A stretch of DNA of 64,000 bases from positions 1,426,001 through 1,490,000 of the forward strand of contig CM060733.1 of the NCBI GenBank assembly GCA_030704615.1, in the 5' to 3' direction. Both the position numbers and the translations under genes were made by a program. This document shows, in pieces, positions 1 through 16,400 of the stretch. Positions within the stretch are counted from its first letter, which is position 1. Every line of letters starts with the position of its first letter. The notes under the pieces were generated by a model. The model was given only the letters and a program-made list of their open reading frames with translations. It was not told the DNA's origin and made no database searches. This DNA is from Takakia lepidozioides. Taxonomy: Eukaryota; Plantae; Bryophyta.

Positions 1-242
1 GACTAAATTAGATGCAGTTCCTATCCAAAGGTGGAACCATTTGGTTTGATATGACTTCATCACACTCTTTCCAGACAACCACGTCTGAACGTCTGAACAC
101 AAACAATGAACCGTATGAAAACAGCATTCACTAACACTTTGTATCATACACAACAAGAGTACCTAAACCACACGTGCTCTGGTTCCTTACCTTGATTATG
201 CTTTGGTTCATGTAATGTAACACCCTGAGGCCAGACCTCCAA

Positions 243-612
243 AGCATACAATTTTCAGGCCAAGTTGAATAAAGGCAAGCTTGCTGCAATTGACCCCAAT
301 AATTCAGAGTAGTTTGACTCCCAAAACCATCCAGGGGTTTAAAGAATTCAGCATACAATTTTCAGGCCAAGTTGAACAAAGGCAAGTTCTGCAATTGACC
401 CCAATAATTCCTAGTAGTTTCACTCCCAAAACCATTCAGGGGTTAGAAAAATCAGCATACAATTTTAAGGCCAAGTTGAACAAAGGCAATCTTGCTGCAG
501 TTGACCTCAATAATTCGTAGTAGTTTCACTCCCAAAACCATCCAGGGGTTAGAAAAATCAGCATACAATTTTCAGGCCAAGTTGAATAAAGGCAAGCTTG
601 CTGCAATTGAAT
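243..612. repeat. Tandem repeat, ~105-bp unit, ~3.5 copies
   Basis: AGCATACAATTTTCAGGCCAAGTTGAA..AAAGGCAA recurs at ~243, ~350, ~454 and ~560. Confidence 0.9.
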
Positions 613-906
613 TCAAGCTTGCTTGTATTCATATTCTGGCACACCCTAAGCTGCAACAACCACCAGAAATATCCAAGTATCTGGTCAGGAAAACTTTTGC
701 GTCTCTAGTTGACAGTAGTACTACCAACTTTAGACCCAGCTTGTGATGCTCTTACAATAATAAGCAGTAATCGAAGTTTTGCAAAACTTGGAATATCCCT
801 CCTACATCTAGACCCATTCACAGGAGTTGTAATGTCTCATCACATGAGACTTTCTGCTTAGAACTTGGATTATCATTATACAAGGAGAGAAGAGAACTGC
901 TTGCTA

Positions 907-2877
<1,971 letters not shown>

Positions 2878-4372
2878 CTTCCTCCCTCCCGCTGACTGTT
2901 CACTGAAGAAGAGCAGGCGCAGCCACCGGTCACATACGAAGAGGCTCTCGTGCTCAAACCCATTCCAGCCATCACAATTTCTCTAACAACCCAAAATTCT
3001 CCGTGGTCTCTCGCAAATTGGGTGTCGAAGTTCTGTACTCAAACTGCCTGGCAAATGTCTTACGAGAGACCGAGAAGCTTGCAAGTGCGATTGTAGATTC
3101 GAGCTTCCAGTAACGAGACAAAACGCAGGAATCACTAACAACATCGAAGTGTGGAGTGGACGCTCTTGTGAACAACGTGAGTGTGACGATCCGTCAACGT
3201 AGAGATGTGACTATCGTCGATGATGGTTGACGCTTCAACGTAACCATGTGTTTCGTCGATTATGGAGAGATTTTAGCTCATTTCGTGCACTGGTTCAGTT
3301 GTGTTTCTCTTCTCGTTCTTCCGCAGCTGCTCTCTCAAATCTCTGTCGTGTGTGCAAATTACTTAGTCAGTTGGAATTGGAAACTTTCTTGTCGATCTGC
3401 GTTTTTAGTTTTGCAATTTTTCGTGCACCACTGCTGTCCAACAGGAGCCAGGGTGTTTGAGGAAGAGGTCAGATCTCTTGTCTGGTCGGTTCTTCAGACT
3501 GTTGAGTTTTCTTGGTAATGCTCTGATTGCTTTCCTTGGCTTATGTCGTTATTTCATATAAATCCAAAATATTGTTGCGTGGGCAAGCGAGGATCCAGCA
3601 CTGGTGTTCTTAGTTGTAGTCCTGTATATTTCTTGTTTCAGCATATCCTTTCTCTGGATTTCTTTCGAAGATCCTCTGGTCTCGTGCGTCTTTCGGGGGT
3701 TCTGACTCGAAAGGAATGTGAGAAACCATTCGAGTATCTGTGTCGCGCTGTTATTTGAGGCTCTTCATAAGTCTTCAAGGAGACAGTAAACCAAGACGAT
3801 TAAAATTGTCAGACAAGCTATTCCTCTACGGCTTTGTACGTCACGACATCGAGAGCTTCAACGAAATATAGGATTTCAAATCAGGAAGTCAGGAGATTTC
3901 AAGTCAAAGGCAGGAAATATAGGTTTCCTCGCTTGAGGTATGTTTTGCTTGCATCTGGAACATCGTCGTGATACCAATAGCAGTAGATTCCTAAGGGAGA
4001 GATTGGACCGCTTGATGAGAATGATGAAGGGCTGTGAGCCGTGGCTACGGCGCACCCTCGATGGTACCCGCACCCTTCTGAGTTGGTGATAGGGTCATGG
4101 AAACTCCATTTGTATCTGCCATATTGTACAGGAGACAGCATCCGGTCCAAGAAATTGTGAATTGATTCAAGGCTAGCCTCCTCCTCACCCTAGATTGCAT
4201 AATGATATTAAGGCAGCCCTCTATCTTAACCTAGATTTGACTTGGGGACTGTTGTGCAAGCAGGCATACACTAGTGCAAGGAAGGTAAGAAAGAAATGAT
4301 GGCTCATAATTCTACATGGTAAGGCTAACAGACGCACTGTTTGGGGATTGATGCTGGCAGAAAGGGAAAGAA

Positions 4373-7006
4373 ATGACGATCTTGTACGCTTTAGTGGCGA
4401 GAGGCACTGTGGTACTCGCTGAGTTCAGTGCTGCATCAGGAAATGCAAGCACCATAGCACGCCGTATTTTGGAGAAGCTGCCCACAGGTGGGGACAGCAG
4501 GGTCTCATATTCCCAAGACCGACATATTTTCCACATCATGAAGGCTGATGGCCACACCTTTCTTTGCATGGCCACTGACACGTTTGGAAGTACAAGACCT
4601 TACTTTTTCCCTACATCAGGTTTATGAGTCTGATTGTCATCCATTTACTTCTTGTTGTTAGCATATGCTGCTTCTGTTGTTGATTTTGAATTGATTGACC
4701 CATATCTGGTTGGAACAATCTTTACCCTTTGTGCTTCTTTCTGTTGGGAATGGGACTCTGATTACCGAAATTTCCAACAAAACTGGAGCCTTCACAAGCA
4801 ATTGCAATATCTCTATAGTTCAGTTGTGACGAGGGAAATAGGTGGGAATTGTTTGTTGTCTCTTGTACCGTGAGTGCTGGGATCTCATGCCTGCCACTTG
4901 GAATACCAGATCATGCTACAATGTACATGGACCGGGAATGGTATTTGTGTGAATGTCTTTGACAGAGAATATACTCAGGAGATGTTGTTTACTATGGCCT
5001 TGTGGCCATAGACACTGTCTTTGAGAATGTACTCATAAGACGTTGTTTGCTGGAGCCCTGTCCTTGAGAGAGAGTGAGAGGCATAGAAATTTATTATTCA
5101 GAAGGTTTGGCTTGCCAAAGCATTATGGTAGGGAAACAGAAGTGGGTAGAGGGAAGAGGGAAGGGATGAGGGCCGAAGGGGTCCTCACTTCAATTGCTGT
5201 GAAGTCACTCAAGTAGTGGGATTGACATTAAAAGCGAAGTCTACTCTTTGTTTTCCAGATTTTTTCATGACAACACCTAGCCATGGAAGTGAATATCAGC
5301 CCACCCAGTTCAGGCTAAAGCAGACCCAACCTTTTAGTATATGTCGAGGCCCTTGAAATGAGAAAAAAGAGGTGTGGTGACAATCTTTAGTTGTTTCGAA
5401 GAGGTCTTCTCATTTAGTACCCATTACATTGCATCAGAAAAGGACCCCACCCCACCACATGCCTTAAGAATGTACCATATGGGTTCCCTTTTTCCCTGTT
5501 ACTATAATTTACGATACAGAAGTAGTCAACAAACTCTTAGTTCAAAGTTTCAAGTGTGGGGCCTTTAGGATCCTGGATATTTTTTCATTCAAGGCTGTGA
5601 AGAATTTGTTCATTTACATTCGCGTATTGAGCAGTTCCTCCATGGCCTTTTGCTTTTAATCTCCCAGCTGACTTCTCCACAGGGAGTGAAGAAAGGAAGT
5701 AATAAAATAATTATATTATGTCCACGGGAGGTTCAGATAGCACAGCAGAACAAGAGAGACAGAAAGATGTGCGCAGGTTGGTCCTTACTTATTGGGCAGA
5801 CAGAAGTCAGATTTACTGTTCCAGGTTTGCTCATTTGGCAGGGCGAATTCCTTTTGCATATTTGGAGGATATTCACATGAGATTCATGAAAACCTATGGT
5901 CGTGTAGCGTCCACTGCACTAGCATATGCAATGAACGATGAGTTCTCAAGAGTTTTGCACCAACAAATGGAGTATTACTCAAGCAACCCCAATGCAGACA
6001 CGATTAACCGGGTCAAAGGCGAGATTGCGGAGGTATATGTACATGTCCTCCTGCTCCAGTGACCCCAGTCCGCTCTGCTTCCTGCTATTCCTTTCATCCT
6101 TTCAAGATAGCACAGTATTTCGTATGTGTTCTCTGCTCCTCTGTGTCTGTCTGTCCTTATGTCCATCTCTCAGTCAGGAGCTTCAGGCTGTCGTCACGTG
6201 AGCCTTCATCCTTTCAAGCTATCGGCTCTCTATTGCCTGTTCTATTTCTCCCTCTTTTTCTGTTGTGTTGGAATCTGATTCAGGATTATTTTGGGCTTTT
6301 AGTGTTTCTGAAGTGTGCAAGTGCTGAGCAGGTCCGGGCAGTAATGGTTGAGAACATTGACAAGGTCTTAGAAAGAGGGGATCGCATAGAACTACTGGTA
6401 GACAAGACATCCACTATTCAGGACAACACATTTCGCTTTAAGAAGCAGTCACGGCGTCTTCGGCAAGCTATGTGGATCAAGAATGCCAAGCTTGTGTAAG
6501 TTACCATTGTACTTCTGCACTAGGCTTGCTTATTTAGTTGAAAGATAGGATCTGGGAAGCTTGTGCTATGTGTGTGAGAGAGAGGCGATAACCACAAGCA
6601 CGGCTGTTTCCAGAGGCGGCTCTGGTCACCTCACCTCATATGATGGTGTTAGGTGTTTGACATGTAGCCTTGTGTCATGGAAGGTACATGGACTGGTTTC
6701 ACCCTACTTCCTGCGGTTTGTGGGTTGTGTTTTTGGGAACAGTTACCAGTTTAAAAATCTTCTTGCAGGATAATCCTTGCAAATGAAATGGCCTTCATAG
6801 ATAATGATCCATTGATGACATCCCTTATGCCTTACTCTTACCTGTTGAGTCAATATTTACATCTTCATGCTTACAATTAACCGCCAATGTTTGTGCTTGG
6901 CCACATCTTTTGCAGGGCTTCATTAACTTGTCTCATCGTGGTATTACTCTACATCATCATTGCTTTCTTCTGTGGGGGCATCTTTCTCTCTTCCTGTCGC
7001 TCCTAA
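4373..7006 (+). CDS. VAMP714: Longin R-SNARE, VAMP71 family (VAMP714-like), 4 exons
   Basis: Exons 4373-4589, 5842-6032, 6332-6495 and 6916-7006 join in frame with GT-AG introns. Longin domain (MTILYALVARGTVVLAEF), synaptobrevin motif (ENIDKVLERGDRIELLVDKT) and C-terminal TM helix. Confidence 0.95.
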
Positions 7007-8586
7007 ATTGGCTGGAGCTTCTCCTTGTCAGAAATAGTACCCATTTCCTAGTACTCAATGCATGTCCATTGACCAGGTGATTTTCCAGGCTGTACATACT
7101 AAAGCAGTTGCTGTAGTTGGCAGGGCAACAAAGTCCATTTGTACCCTTGAGAACGCTTTTGTTATGAGGGTTGCTATCTGGTGGATACCTGGGAGTCCAG
7201 AGAAGGGTAGTAACATTGGTTTCTAGCCACCTTGACCTGGGGTTCAGGTGGGTCTCTAGTCTCTAGCAGCACCATCAGTTTGGAAGTGATTGTCATGATG
7301 TTGATAATTGGCATCTGCAGTAGGCCAGTTGTCATGTGGGGGTGTGGTTTAGTGCATATTTTGGACTTCGTTCCCATACCATGAAGGATCCACTGCCATG
7401 GTTGGTAGAAAGTGAACTGGGACAGTTGTGAGCCTTAAGCCAGTTATGAAGGTTGGCACAGAAGAGATGAGTACTTGGGATTGGTAGTTTCCAGTGTTGT
7501 TTTACTAGTGAGATTTGTACCTGAGTTTGCCCTGTGAAATTATTTGGAGAGGGACTTTGAAGTGCCGGATACAAGGTCAAGCAAACGAATTCCAGCTGTC
7601 CAGGTCTGTACGATGGCTGATGGATCCATGAAGCCAGTATATCATACTCTGTTGGCAAGTGGCTGCTGGCTGTCAACCAAGATTGTTACCAAACTTATTG
7701 AGGTTTTATCAGTTTACTTGATGAGCGGAGTGTTGAGAAGACTCGCCTAGATTCTGAATTGTGTGAGGGTCGAGAACAATGATTCATATTCAGCTGATGT
7801 GTTGCGGCTTAAAATTTATTCGTAACAATTTGAGTGTACCACTATTTTTTTAAATCTCTTGGCCAGTGTTATTTTCTTCCCAAGTTGAGGTGCCCAGTGC
7901 ACTTCATACACCATTTGTTGGGGGCCCAGAGGTCCTCTGGTACACAGGTCTGTTTGGAGAGATCCCTCTCTCTAACTCAATCCGGAAGTATGCGCTGTAA
8001 CACTGAAATTCTGGACCCTTGATGCCAAATCTGAATGTCAATTACCTAAAGGAAAGAACATCTTGCTTAAAAAAACTCTCCTGGTTCTCATACCCGAAAG
8101 GAAGTTGACTCCACGGATCAGCAAGGAATAAACACAAATGCACTCCTCTGATATTCAAAAGTAAGAGCTATCGCCGTGTGCTGTTCCTCTAACATCCCCT
8201 CCACAATGTTGAGAATTGAGAAGCAGTTAGTCACTCACTGGAGATAGACATGAATATGTAGAGCAGTTTCATTCGGGCCCTGATTCTAGAGTGGTCCAGG
8301 AATTACTGTGGCCCAGGAATTATACAACGTGTGCTTGTTAGCTTCCCCAGCAAAGCTCGTATGAGATCACAATTTCAGGCTACCTGTTCTATAGCTTCAC
8401 AGATCATCACCAGAAAAAAGATGGAAGAACAGTACTAGGTAGATGACGTGATACATTTCAGGAATGTATCTTAACTCATTCCAGGTTTTAATATGAACTC
8501 TAACCGCCATTAGGGTTGTGCACGACCTTACAACGTGGGTTTGAATTTGGTGCATGCAATCATCTCTCTCTGTTTTGGGCTCTTCG

Positions 8587-8587
<1 letters not shown>

Positions 8588-8631
<44 letters not shown>
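8588..8631. repeat. (CT)n microsatellite upstream of the BAF60 start codon
   Basis: About 20 CT units directly visible. Confidence 0.95.
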
Positions 8632-8634
<3 letters not shown>

Positions 8635-8689
8635 AGCTGCAGAGCACCACTCTAATCTCGTGTGCGGGCACGCACACAGCAAGTGCAGG

Positions 8690-10559
8690 ATGCAGAGCGG
8701 GGGAGCGTCCTCGAGTGGGGCGACGCCATCGCCCCAGCCATCGCACACCCGCATGGCCTCGCCTGCAACTCCATACACACCGCACATGCCTGCCATGCCT
8801 CCGCCCTATTCCGCTGCTGCCAACAACGCCAAGCGCGGTCGCGTTCGGCCAGTGCCAGGGGGCGGAGGGAGCTCCTCGGCATTCAAGGGTGCAGAGATAA
8901 CGCCCGCAGCACGGAGGAAGAAGCAAAAGATAACGGAGAAGATGATACCTGAGAAGGTAGCGGCGCTATGCCCCGAGTCAGCCATATACACCCAGCTGTT
9001 GGAGTTCGAGGCGCGCGTGGACAAAGCTCTTACTCGGAAGAAGCTGGATATCCAGGAGGTTGTGCGATCACCTCCACCGGTGCAACGTACACTGAGAATG
9101 TATGTGTTTAACACTTATGCTAATCAGATCCAGAATCAGAACAACAATCAGGGCCAGAATAGTGTTTACGAACAGCCGTGGAATCCTGGGGAGCCCCCAT
9201 CTTGGACGCTACGGGTGATGGGCCGTTTGGTTGAGCCAGAAGAGAGGGACGCAGAAGGCAGTACAAAGCCAAATCCTGCGCTTCCCAAGTTTTCGTCTTT
9301 CTTTAAGAGAATTATCATACAATTGGACCCAAATCTATATCCGGAGGGTCACACAATCATCTGGGATGGAGTGCGAGCGGCTAACCATGTTGAGGGGTTC
9401 GAGATAAAGAGGAGGGGGGATAGGGAGTGTATGGTGAGAATACGGCTGGAGATGGATTATACCCCTGAGCGATTCAAGCTGTCGGCGCCTCTCGCCGAGC
9501 TCTTGGGCATCGAGGTGGATACAAGACCGCGCATCATCGCAGCGTTGTGGCAGTACATCAAGGTTAAGAAACTACAAAATCCAGGAGACCCGACCCTCAT
9601 CAACTGCGACCCTGCTTTGCATAAGGTTATGGGCGAGGAGCGCATAAAATTCGCATCAGTTTCTCATAGGCTTCATCAGCATCTATCACCCCCACAGCCC
9701 ATTCATCTTGAGCATAGAATCAGGCTTTCAGGAAATGTCCCTGCAGGCAACGCCTGCTATGATATGGGGGTAAATGTACCTGCCACCTTGCAAAAGGAGA
9801 TGACAACCTTCCTAGCCAACATTGAAAAGCACAGAGACGTTGACATGTATGACGATTTGATCACTAGTTCTATTCGCAAAATCAATGAGCACCGCCGCCG
9901 GCGTGCTTTCTTCTTGGGCTTCTGTCAGTCCCCAGTTAATTTCATCAATGGCCTCATTGCCTCCCAGAGCCGGGACATCAAGATGGTAGTGGGTCAGGGC
10001 AGCCGCAATTCTGAGAAAGAGAGGCGATCTGACTTCTACCATCAACCATGGTATGCCAACCTCCCTCTATGTGTTTGTATTACGAAGTTCATAATGCTAC
10101 TGTTTTGCGTCATTGCTCAGAATTTGGATGCCCTCTGACCTATTTGACATCATCCTAAAAGGCATGATGTTGACACTGGCACTGTTACTATAGCTCATTA
10201 TTGATGCAGAAGTGGGCACATTGTACTTTGGTTGTAGGACAGGTAAGGCAACTTTGAAAAGGGAAAAACAGAACCATCTGGATATTGCAGATATTCCACA
10301 TGTCTTTGTATGTATGAAACAAATTAAAATCGTGTAGGGGGGGCAAGGTTTTTCGAATGCCATCATGCATGTGAAAACACAAAGCCTCTGTTTTTTTGAT
10401 ACTTGAGCAACTTGGGGGACAGTTTCTTGGTTAGGGTAGAAATGACGGCTACTGCCGCTACTTATGTATAAAGGGTGGCGTTTCAGGGTTGAAGATGCAG
10501 TCATTCGATATTTGAATCGTCGACCAGCAAAGGTCTCAGATGGTCCTGGGAACACTTAA
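8690..10559 (+). CDS. SWP73: SWI/SNF complex subunit BAF60/SWP73 (SNF12 homolog, SWIB domain), 2 exons
   Basis: Exon 1 8690-10050 (LCPESAIYTQLLEFEARVD; SWIB TRPRIIAALWQYIK). Exon 2 10487-10559 completes PW|VEDAVIRYLNR..*. Confidence 0.95.
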
Positions 10560-12447
10560 AAGTCTTGTACCAGCCTTAGCCCGTGTTCTCATGACAGTAG
10601 GGAACACCAACAGCTATGTCCACGAGGAAGAGCTGAACTGTAAGTGATAAGACGCACAACTATGGGCAGCACTCACTGCCCTTGCTTCCCACTGGAGGCC
10701 ACGAGAGAACAGCTTGGCTGAAGAAAGGATGATGTGGCATTTTTCAAAGTTTGGGCTGGCAGTTACATCTAATTGGCACAGGCTTGGGAGAAGGGGAATG
10801 CGGTAGACCACTTGCTGGTTTGGACAGGAGGGAATTTGGTACCAGAGAACTGGGCAGCCGAGGAGTTATTGGACCTTTACTTGGTGACCCATAACCCTTT
10901 GTAACACAGGTTGGTGCTTTTGAGTGCTTGTGCTGTCTTGAGGATACATGCTCTGATAATTCAGGACAAACGAGAGGGATGTAGACAGTAGTCTGTGTAG
11001 TTTCTGGGTTTGTCAAAGAAGCACCTTGCCCTTTTAATCCCTTGTTCAACAGGACCTGTAACTGGTTCTCTCTAAGGCTTTCTTGGTAACAATCTCTCTT
11101 CCAGTAAAGTTCAATTAGGAGAGGTTGGCAAATCAGAGAATTGGTGCAGCCTTTGACTTCCAGAAGTATGCAAATACTGAATAATAGTGGCTGATGCCAG
11201 GTCGCCTTGCTTTGCAGGTACACCACCTTGGAGCTGAGGATCGGGGCTGCAGCTGGATGGACGTTTATAGCCCTACTTACCATGAGATGTGAGTCAAATA
11301 CTCATCCACACATGACACTGAACATGTGTCATCATCTCTCCCATGGTACTTGAATAAGTGATGAAATAAATGTCAACCACCAGACAGTCACAGCATTCTC
11401 TTTCTGGTCCCATATCAGCTATTAGACTTTACTTGCCTTGCAGCAGGAAACATGCAGGTGGAGATATGCAAGTCTCAGGTTGAGACTCAGATGACATTTT
11501 CATGCAAAACATCTTGCCCACCATCTGTCTATCTCATTATGCAAGTTTTGCACATTTGGCTGATCACACCAAGGCATACAATTTTCATGGATATACAAGA
11601 AGCTGGCTGCACATGGTCACTGTTTTCATAATCTAGCTGTTCTCTTGTCATTGTTGCTTGGGCATGTTAGTAGGTGGCTTGGACTCGGAAATGTTTTGTC
11701 AGGAGCACACAAAACAACTAACTACAAATACAAGTTCTACAAACAGAAGATTTAGTGAGTGTAGTGCAACTAAGAATGGCAGGCAAAATTCAATTGAAGA
11801 TGTGAGCGCAGGTGTGAACACTCCCCAATCAAGTGCAAGCAGCACTCCAGGTACTTCGTTCTTCTGTAGTTAGGAAGAGCACGGCCATCAACAATTTCTT
11901 TTTCAAAACGCATGTGTGATTGCAGCCAAGAAGACGATGCACTCACAAGGGTGCCTGAAAGCACAGACATCTGAAGATTTGAAAGCGAAGTCCCACAGTG
12001 ATACAATAAGCGAGAGCGTGATTGTTCCGTAGTACGTGCAACTTGTATGCTAGCCTCTACACGTGACCTCACATTTCACCCATTCCAACACAAGTGCCCT
12101 CCCTCTCCATTGGCTGCTCCAATCCTCTCCCTCTTTTCCACCTTCAGGAATAGCCCCTGCCAGGGGACCCAAACATTTATCCACGTGACATTTCACAGAT
12201 TTTCACAGCTTTTTGTACTAACTTGCAATGCAGATGCCTTCAGCCAAAACTTTCAAGCAACTGAATCCTCTGGAACTTTCTACTAAATTGGCCTTTTTTT
12301 TTGCTTGTAAGCATATTCAAATGATATGAAACTTCCACAGCACCTGCCGCCTCATAATGCACTTTCTAAAAATAAAAATAAAATGTTTTTTTTTTCATAT
12401 TCAAATGACAGGTGAAAGAGGTATTTACCAGTGTTGTGCGGGTAAGT

Positions 12448-12964
12448 TAGTGCCTTTTTAAGGAACCCACGGGGGTCGGGTATTTTTTTGGAGCCTAGTC
12501 CGGGTTCAGATCCTGGTTTTGGAAATTTGGAAAATCTGGGTCCGGGTTTGGGTCCTTGGTCCGGAGGGCACAACTCTGCAACACCTGGATTGAACCCACA
12601 ACCACTTTTGAGGTGATATGTGGCCATTACCTACACATAATACGCCTGGTTATGAAACGTGGTGATGATGACATGGCACTATGGCATCCTATTCTTGTTC
12701 TACGCTAAACTAGCTTCTGACCTTCTGTAGTGGCTACAATATTGCAAAACCTACCAAATCTAAGGTGGACCCCGCATGCCCCATCTAAACTTAAGACCCC
12801 GATCCTGACCTGCTACATGCCCCGTGGCTAGCGGATTTTAACGGATTCTGGACCTAGCAGTCGGGGTCGGTTCGGGTTTGGGTTCATTTCAAAAATGAAC
12901 ACACGTCAGGTTCCGGGTAACCTGGATCCCCAATCCGCCGGGGTCAAACCCCGGATCCGCACTA
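12448..12964. mobile_element. Possible degenerate non-autonomous DNA transposon (hAT/MITE-like)
   Basis: TAGTGC..GCACTA ends and clusters of CCGGG/GGGTC(G) motifs near both ends. No clean TSD. Confidence 0.3.
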
Positions 12965-13453
12965 TCAAGGGTAGGGGCCTGATTTGTGAGCTGTCGCTTG
13001 TCGCTTCCAGGTGTTTTCTCTTTCAACAAAAAAAAAAAAGACATGAAACTTCCACAGCACCTGCCTCATAATGCACCCCCAGCCCCACCTATCCCTCCAT
13101 CTGCAGACTTTTTGGGAGGTAAGGGAGGTAATGGCCGGGGAAGGTAGATCAGGAAAATAGCACCAATGCGTGTGTCTGCGGCTCTCCTTAGCAGGGAGCC
13201 AACAACACAATAACATAAATTGACAGACACATCGAAAGGAAGCTTGTGCGGTAGGTGACCCGAATACAGGGATAGACAACGTGTAGCACCCCACAGACAA
13301 AGAGTCTGCACAGTGTCTGCATGCTTGCCTACAACAGCCCGCACTCTTGCATGTCCTCGTGAAGAGAGCTAAGTTAGCAGAGAAGAGAGCAGCTGGTCAA
13401 AGTTGGCAGTTGAAAGTAGAGTCTCTGGTTCGAATTACAAACTTTGAAGGAGA

Positions 13454-16400
13454 ATGGCGAAAACTGTGAAGCTCAACACGGGGGCCTCCATCCCACTGCT
13501 GGGGCTGGGCACCGTGGCCATAACTGAAGCTCACGAACAAGTGAAGGCTGCCATCCTCACTGCTATTGAGGTACTTCTGACTCTCTGATTGATCCCCTCT
13601 AGTGGCAGCTGGAAAAGATGATTCGTTATCGCCATCCCGCGACCCCGCAACCAAAACCCCGCCTTTGCATAGATGCCCATGCGTGTAATTGGCGGCAGAG
13701 TTTGGTACTTGCTATAGAGCACCTGGGGATAACTGGTCCAATCAGTAGCCTCGTGGTTTGTGGAGGTCTGCTTTTTAATGGTCCGTAGGGGGAAATGGTC
13801 AGGTGGGCTACAGGCATTTTGATACGGCCGAGCTATATGGGACTGAGGCACCTCTGGGCGATGCTCTTTCTGAAGCTTTCAAGAGTGGCTTGGTGAAACG
13901 TGAAGAGGTATTTGTGACGACGAAGTTATGGTGCACCCATTATGAACCTGAGGACGTTCTTCCTACTCTCCAGAAGAGTCTCAGGTACAAGGGTGCAGTT
14001 CGTGCATGCATTGAAAGTGGAGAGGCTGAGACTGTGTGTGTGGGGATAGGGGAAGTAAGGGGGGAGGAGGACAGGCAGGTGATTATGTTTTTCCAGACTT
14101 TCTCTGGAAAGGAATGGTTCGTAAAATCACCTTCAACTCGATGCTCTTGTTTAACCCAGAATCCAGGTGCCCTGCAGCGTTAGGCTTGTGATGACTGGAC
14201 TCTCGAATTGAATACAGCAGGTGCAGTTAGAGTCTTTTGTATGCTTTCAAAGACAGTTTCGCTTTAGAGTAGTTGAAATTACACAGACGAGGATCACAGG
14301 CATCCTCTGTGCCTAGAGTAGGTAGGCCCTTGAGATCATCCTTAAGGTCCTCGCCCATGTCACAAACTGGAAACTAGTCCAGGGAAATTTTATGCCTAAC
14401 TTCATAGAGGAAAAGGGCTTGTCTTGTCACGAGAAGAAAGGATTGGACCAGATCCTTTAATTTTTTATTAAGCAAAAACTAAGAGAATACATCAAGGCAC
14501 ATCACCATATCTCTAGGTTACCCTATTGTATGTCACTTTTTTCACCCTACTGGAGATCGGGGTGGGTGGTGGGGATTTGGAAAAAAAATTCAGTTTTCAC
14601 ATTCATGGTACTGTGATACAGAGTTTACCAAACAATCGGAGTTGAGATTGTTTAGTATGTGGACTGCAGGTCTGTGACCAACACATCAGCCATAGCCTTT
14701 ACTTAAGCAAACTAGTGCTTACTGAAAATCACATCAATCTTTGCCACCTTCAAGTCTGAACATTGTATTTCTCTATGAGGACAGTTCTGTTTCAGCAAAG
14801 TAATACTTCCCCATAGCTCAAAAAACTCAGAAACTGAGACCATTCTCAGTCTTCCACCATTGCCAGGATGGCATGCCCTGTCATGTATCAATCCAAAAAG
14901 ACGTCTCCAAAATGAGAATGCTCTGCTGGACTGTAAACTGAACTCGATCCAGGTCCAGATATGTTTCCAGATTTCAAAGAACATCGCTTCCATAAACTAC
15001 TTCCCTCACAGAAGTATGAAGTTGTCACCAATTGTTGTACCATTCTTCCCAACGTGCCTTGTAGCAACACTTACACATGTAGCTTAGATATCCATGAAAA
15101 GTGAAGGACCCTCACCTGCGCTCGTCCCAAAAACCAGCACATCCAATGGAATGCGTGTTGGTGAGGATGTGCGAGGTGAGTAGCAGGTCTTCCTGCTTGC
15201 TATCGCTGTTGCTGTCCAACATGCAAATCAAAGCCAATGCAAGAGTACAAGAAAGGGTGTAATACTTGCACAGAACTTTGAAAGCTTGAGGTAGCCCAGC
15301 CTGCGACATAACTTGTATCCAGCAAGCAATTGCAAAACATGTGTAAAGGCAGAGTGTAACTTCCTGTTCATGTCAACAAGGGAGCCATGGCTTCCTTATA
15401 ACAAGGTAGGAGGTTCGACCAACACATTCAAAGCCAGGCTGCGCTTAAACCTTGCGACCCGCATCCCTATTTAAACCTCTTATTGCTAAGCTCTATGAGC
15501 TGTGTGCCCAACACCTTGTCGTTAGTTTCAGGAAGCCGCTAGTCGTACTTAGCCACCTTCCGTATATGAGTATTAAATTGCAGGGGTAGGGTTCTGAAAC
15601 CCTATGTTAAAGCAGCACATGGGCCCTCAATAAATCCTCAAGGCCTTAGGCCGGGGAATGAATTTGCAGCAAGTCTATTTGAAAATTTCAGGACATCCAT
15701 AGGAAAAATCAACTTTCCACCTAAAATACTCTACCCAAGATTAAAGAGAGAGAGAGAGAGAGAGAATGTACTCATAAGACGTTGTTTTCCGTAGAGAGAG
15801 AAAGAGAGAGAGAGGCCTAAACACTCTGGAGTGTTCCCTCCAAATGTTGACTATGACATACTCTTATGAGCATAGATTCCAGCCGGATGCTATCTCTCCC
15901 CAGCCAGATGTGGAAAAAGAAAAGGAATGAAATGAATTGATGTTTATATTGACAGCGGAAAGCTCAAAGAGCTTATGATTGAAGCACTCATTGTGTTGGT
16001 CTCCCATCCAAAGGCACCCCCACTCCATGATTCTTCATAGTAGCCCTCCAAAGCATCCATGTAGAGTCCGAAAGGGGTAGGTGAGAGAGGGCAGCCCTGT
16101 TTCACGCCGATGTTGCTATGCACTTCCGCTGAGAATTCCTCTGTGACCCCTTGACCTTGGCAATGACAGTCTCGTACATGGATAAAATGGCCCATATGAT
16201 ATCCGGAGGGACCCCTATTCTTTGTAGTCTGTACAGAAGGAGGCAATCAAAAGCCTTTCAGAAGTCTACAAAGCATGCATACGCAAGTATTTTCAAATGA
16301 GTCGTGACCTTCTTGGTTGATCTAAGTGCAGATATCCGGCTCGGAAGTTTTTGATGGAGCCCTAGGTAGATTTTATGCACACAGGTATTCTGCCAGTCGA

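Noticed and set aside
8516-8689. N-terminal extension of the 540-aa BAF60 ORF
   Set aside because: It starts at a non-ATG codon and reads through the (CT)n tract; ATG 8690 is more plausible. The ORF's tail after 10050 is intron.
10600-12300. Several 65-180 aa ORFs downstream of BAF60
   Set aside because: No domain similarity or consistent splice structure; probably UTR or intergenic.
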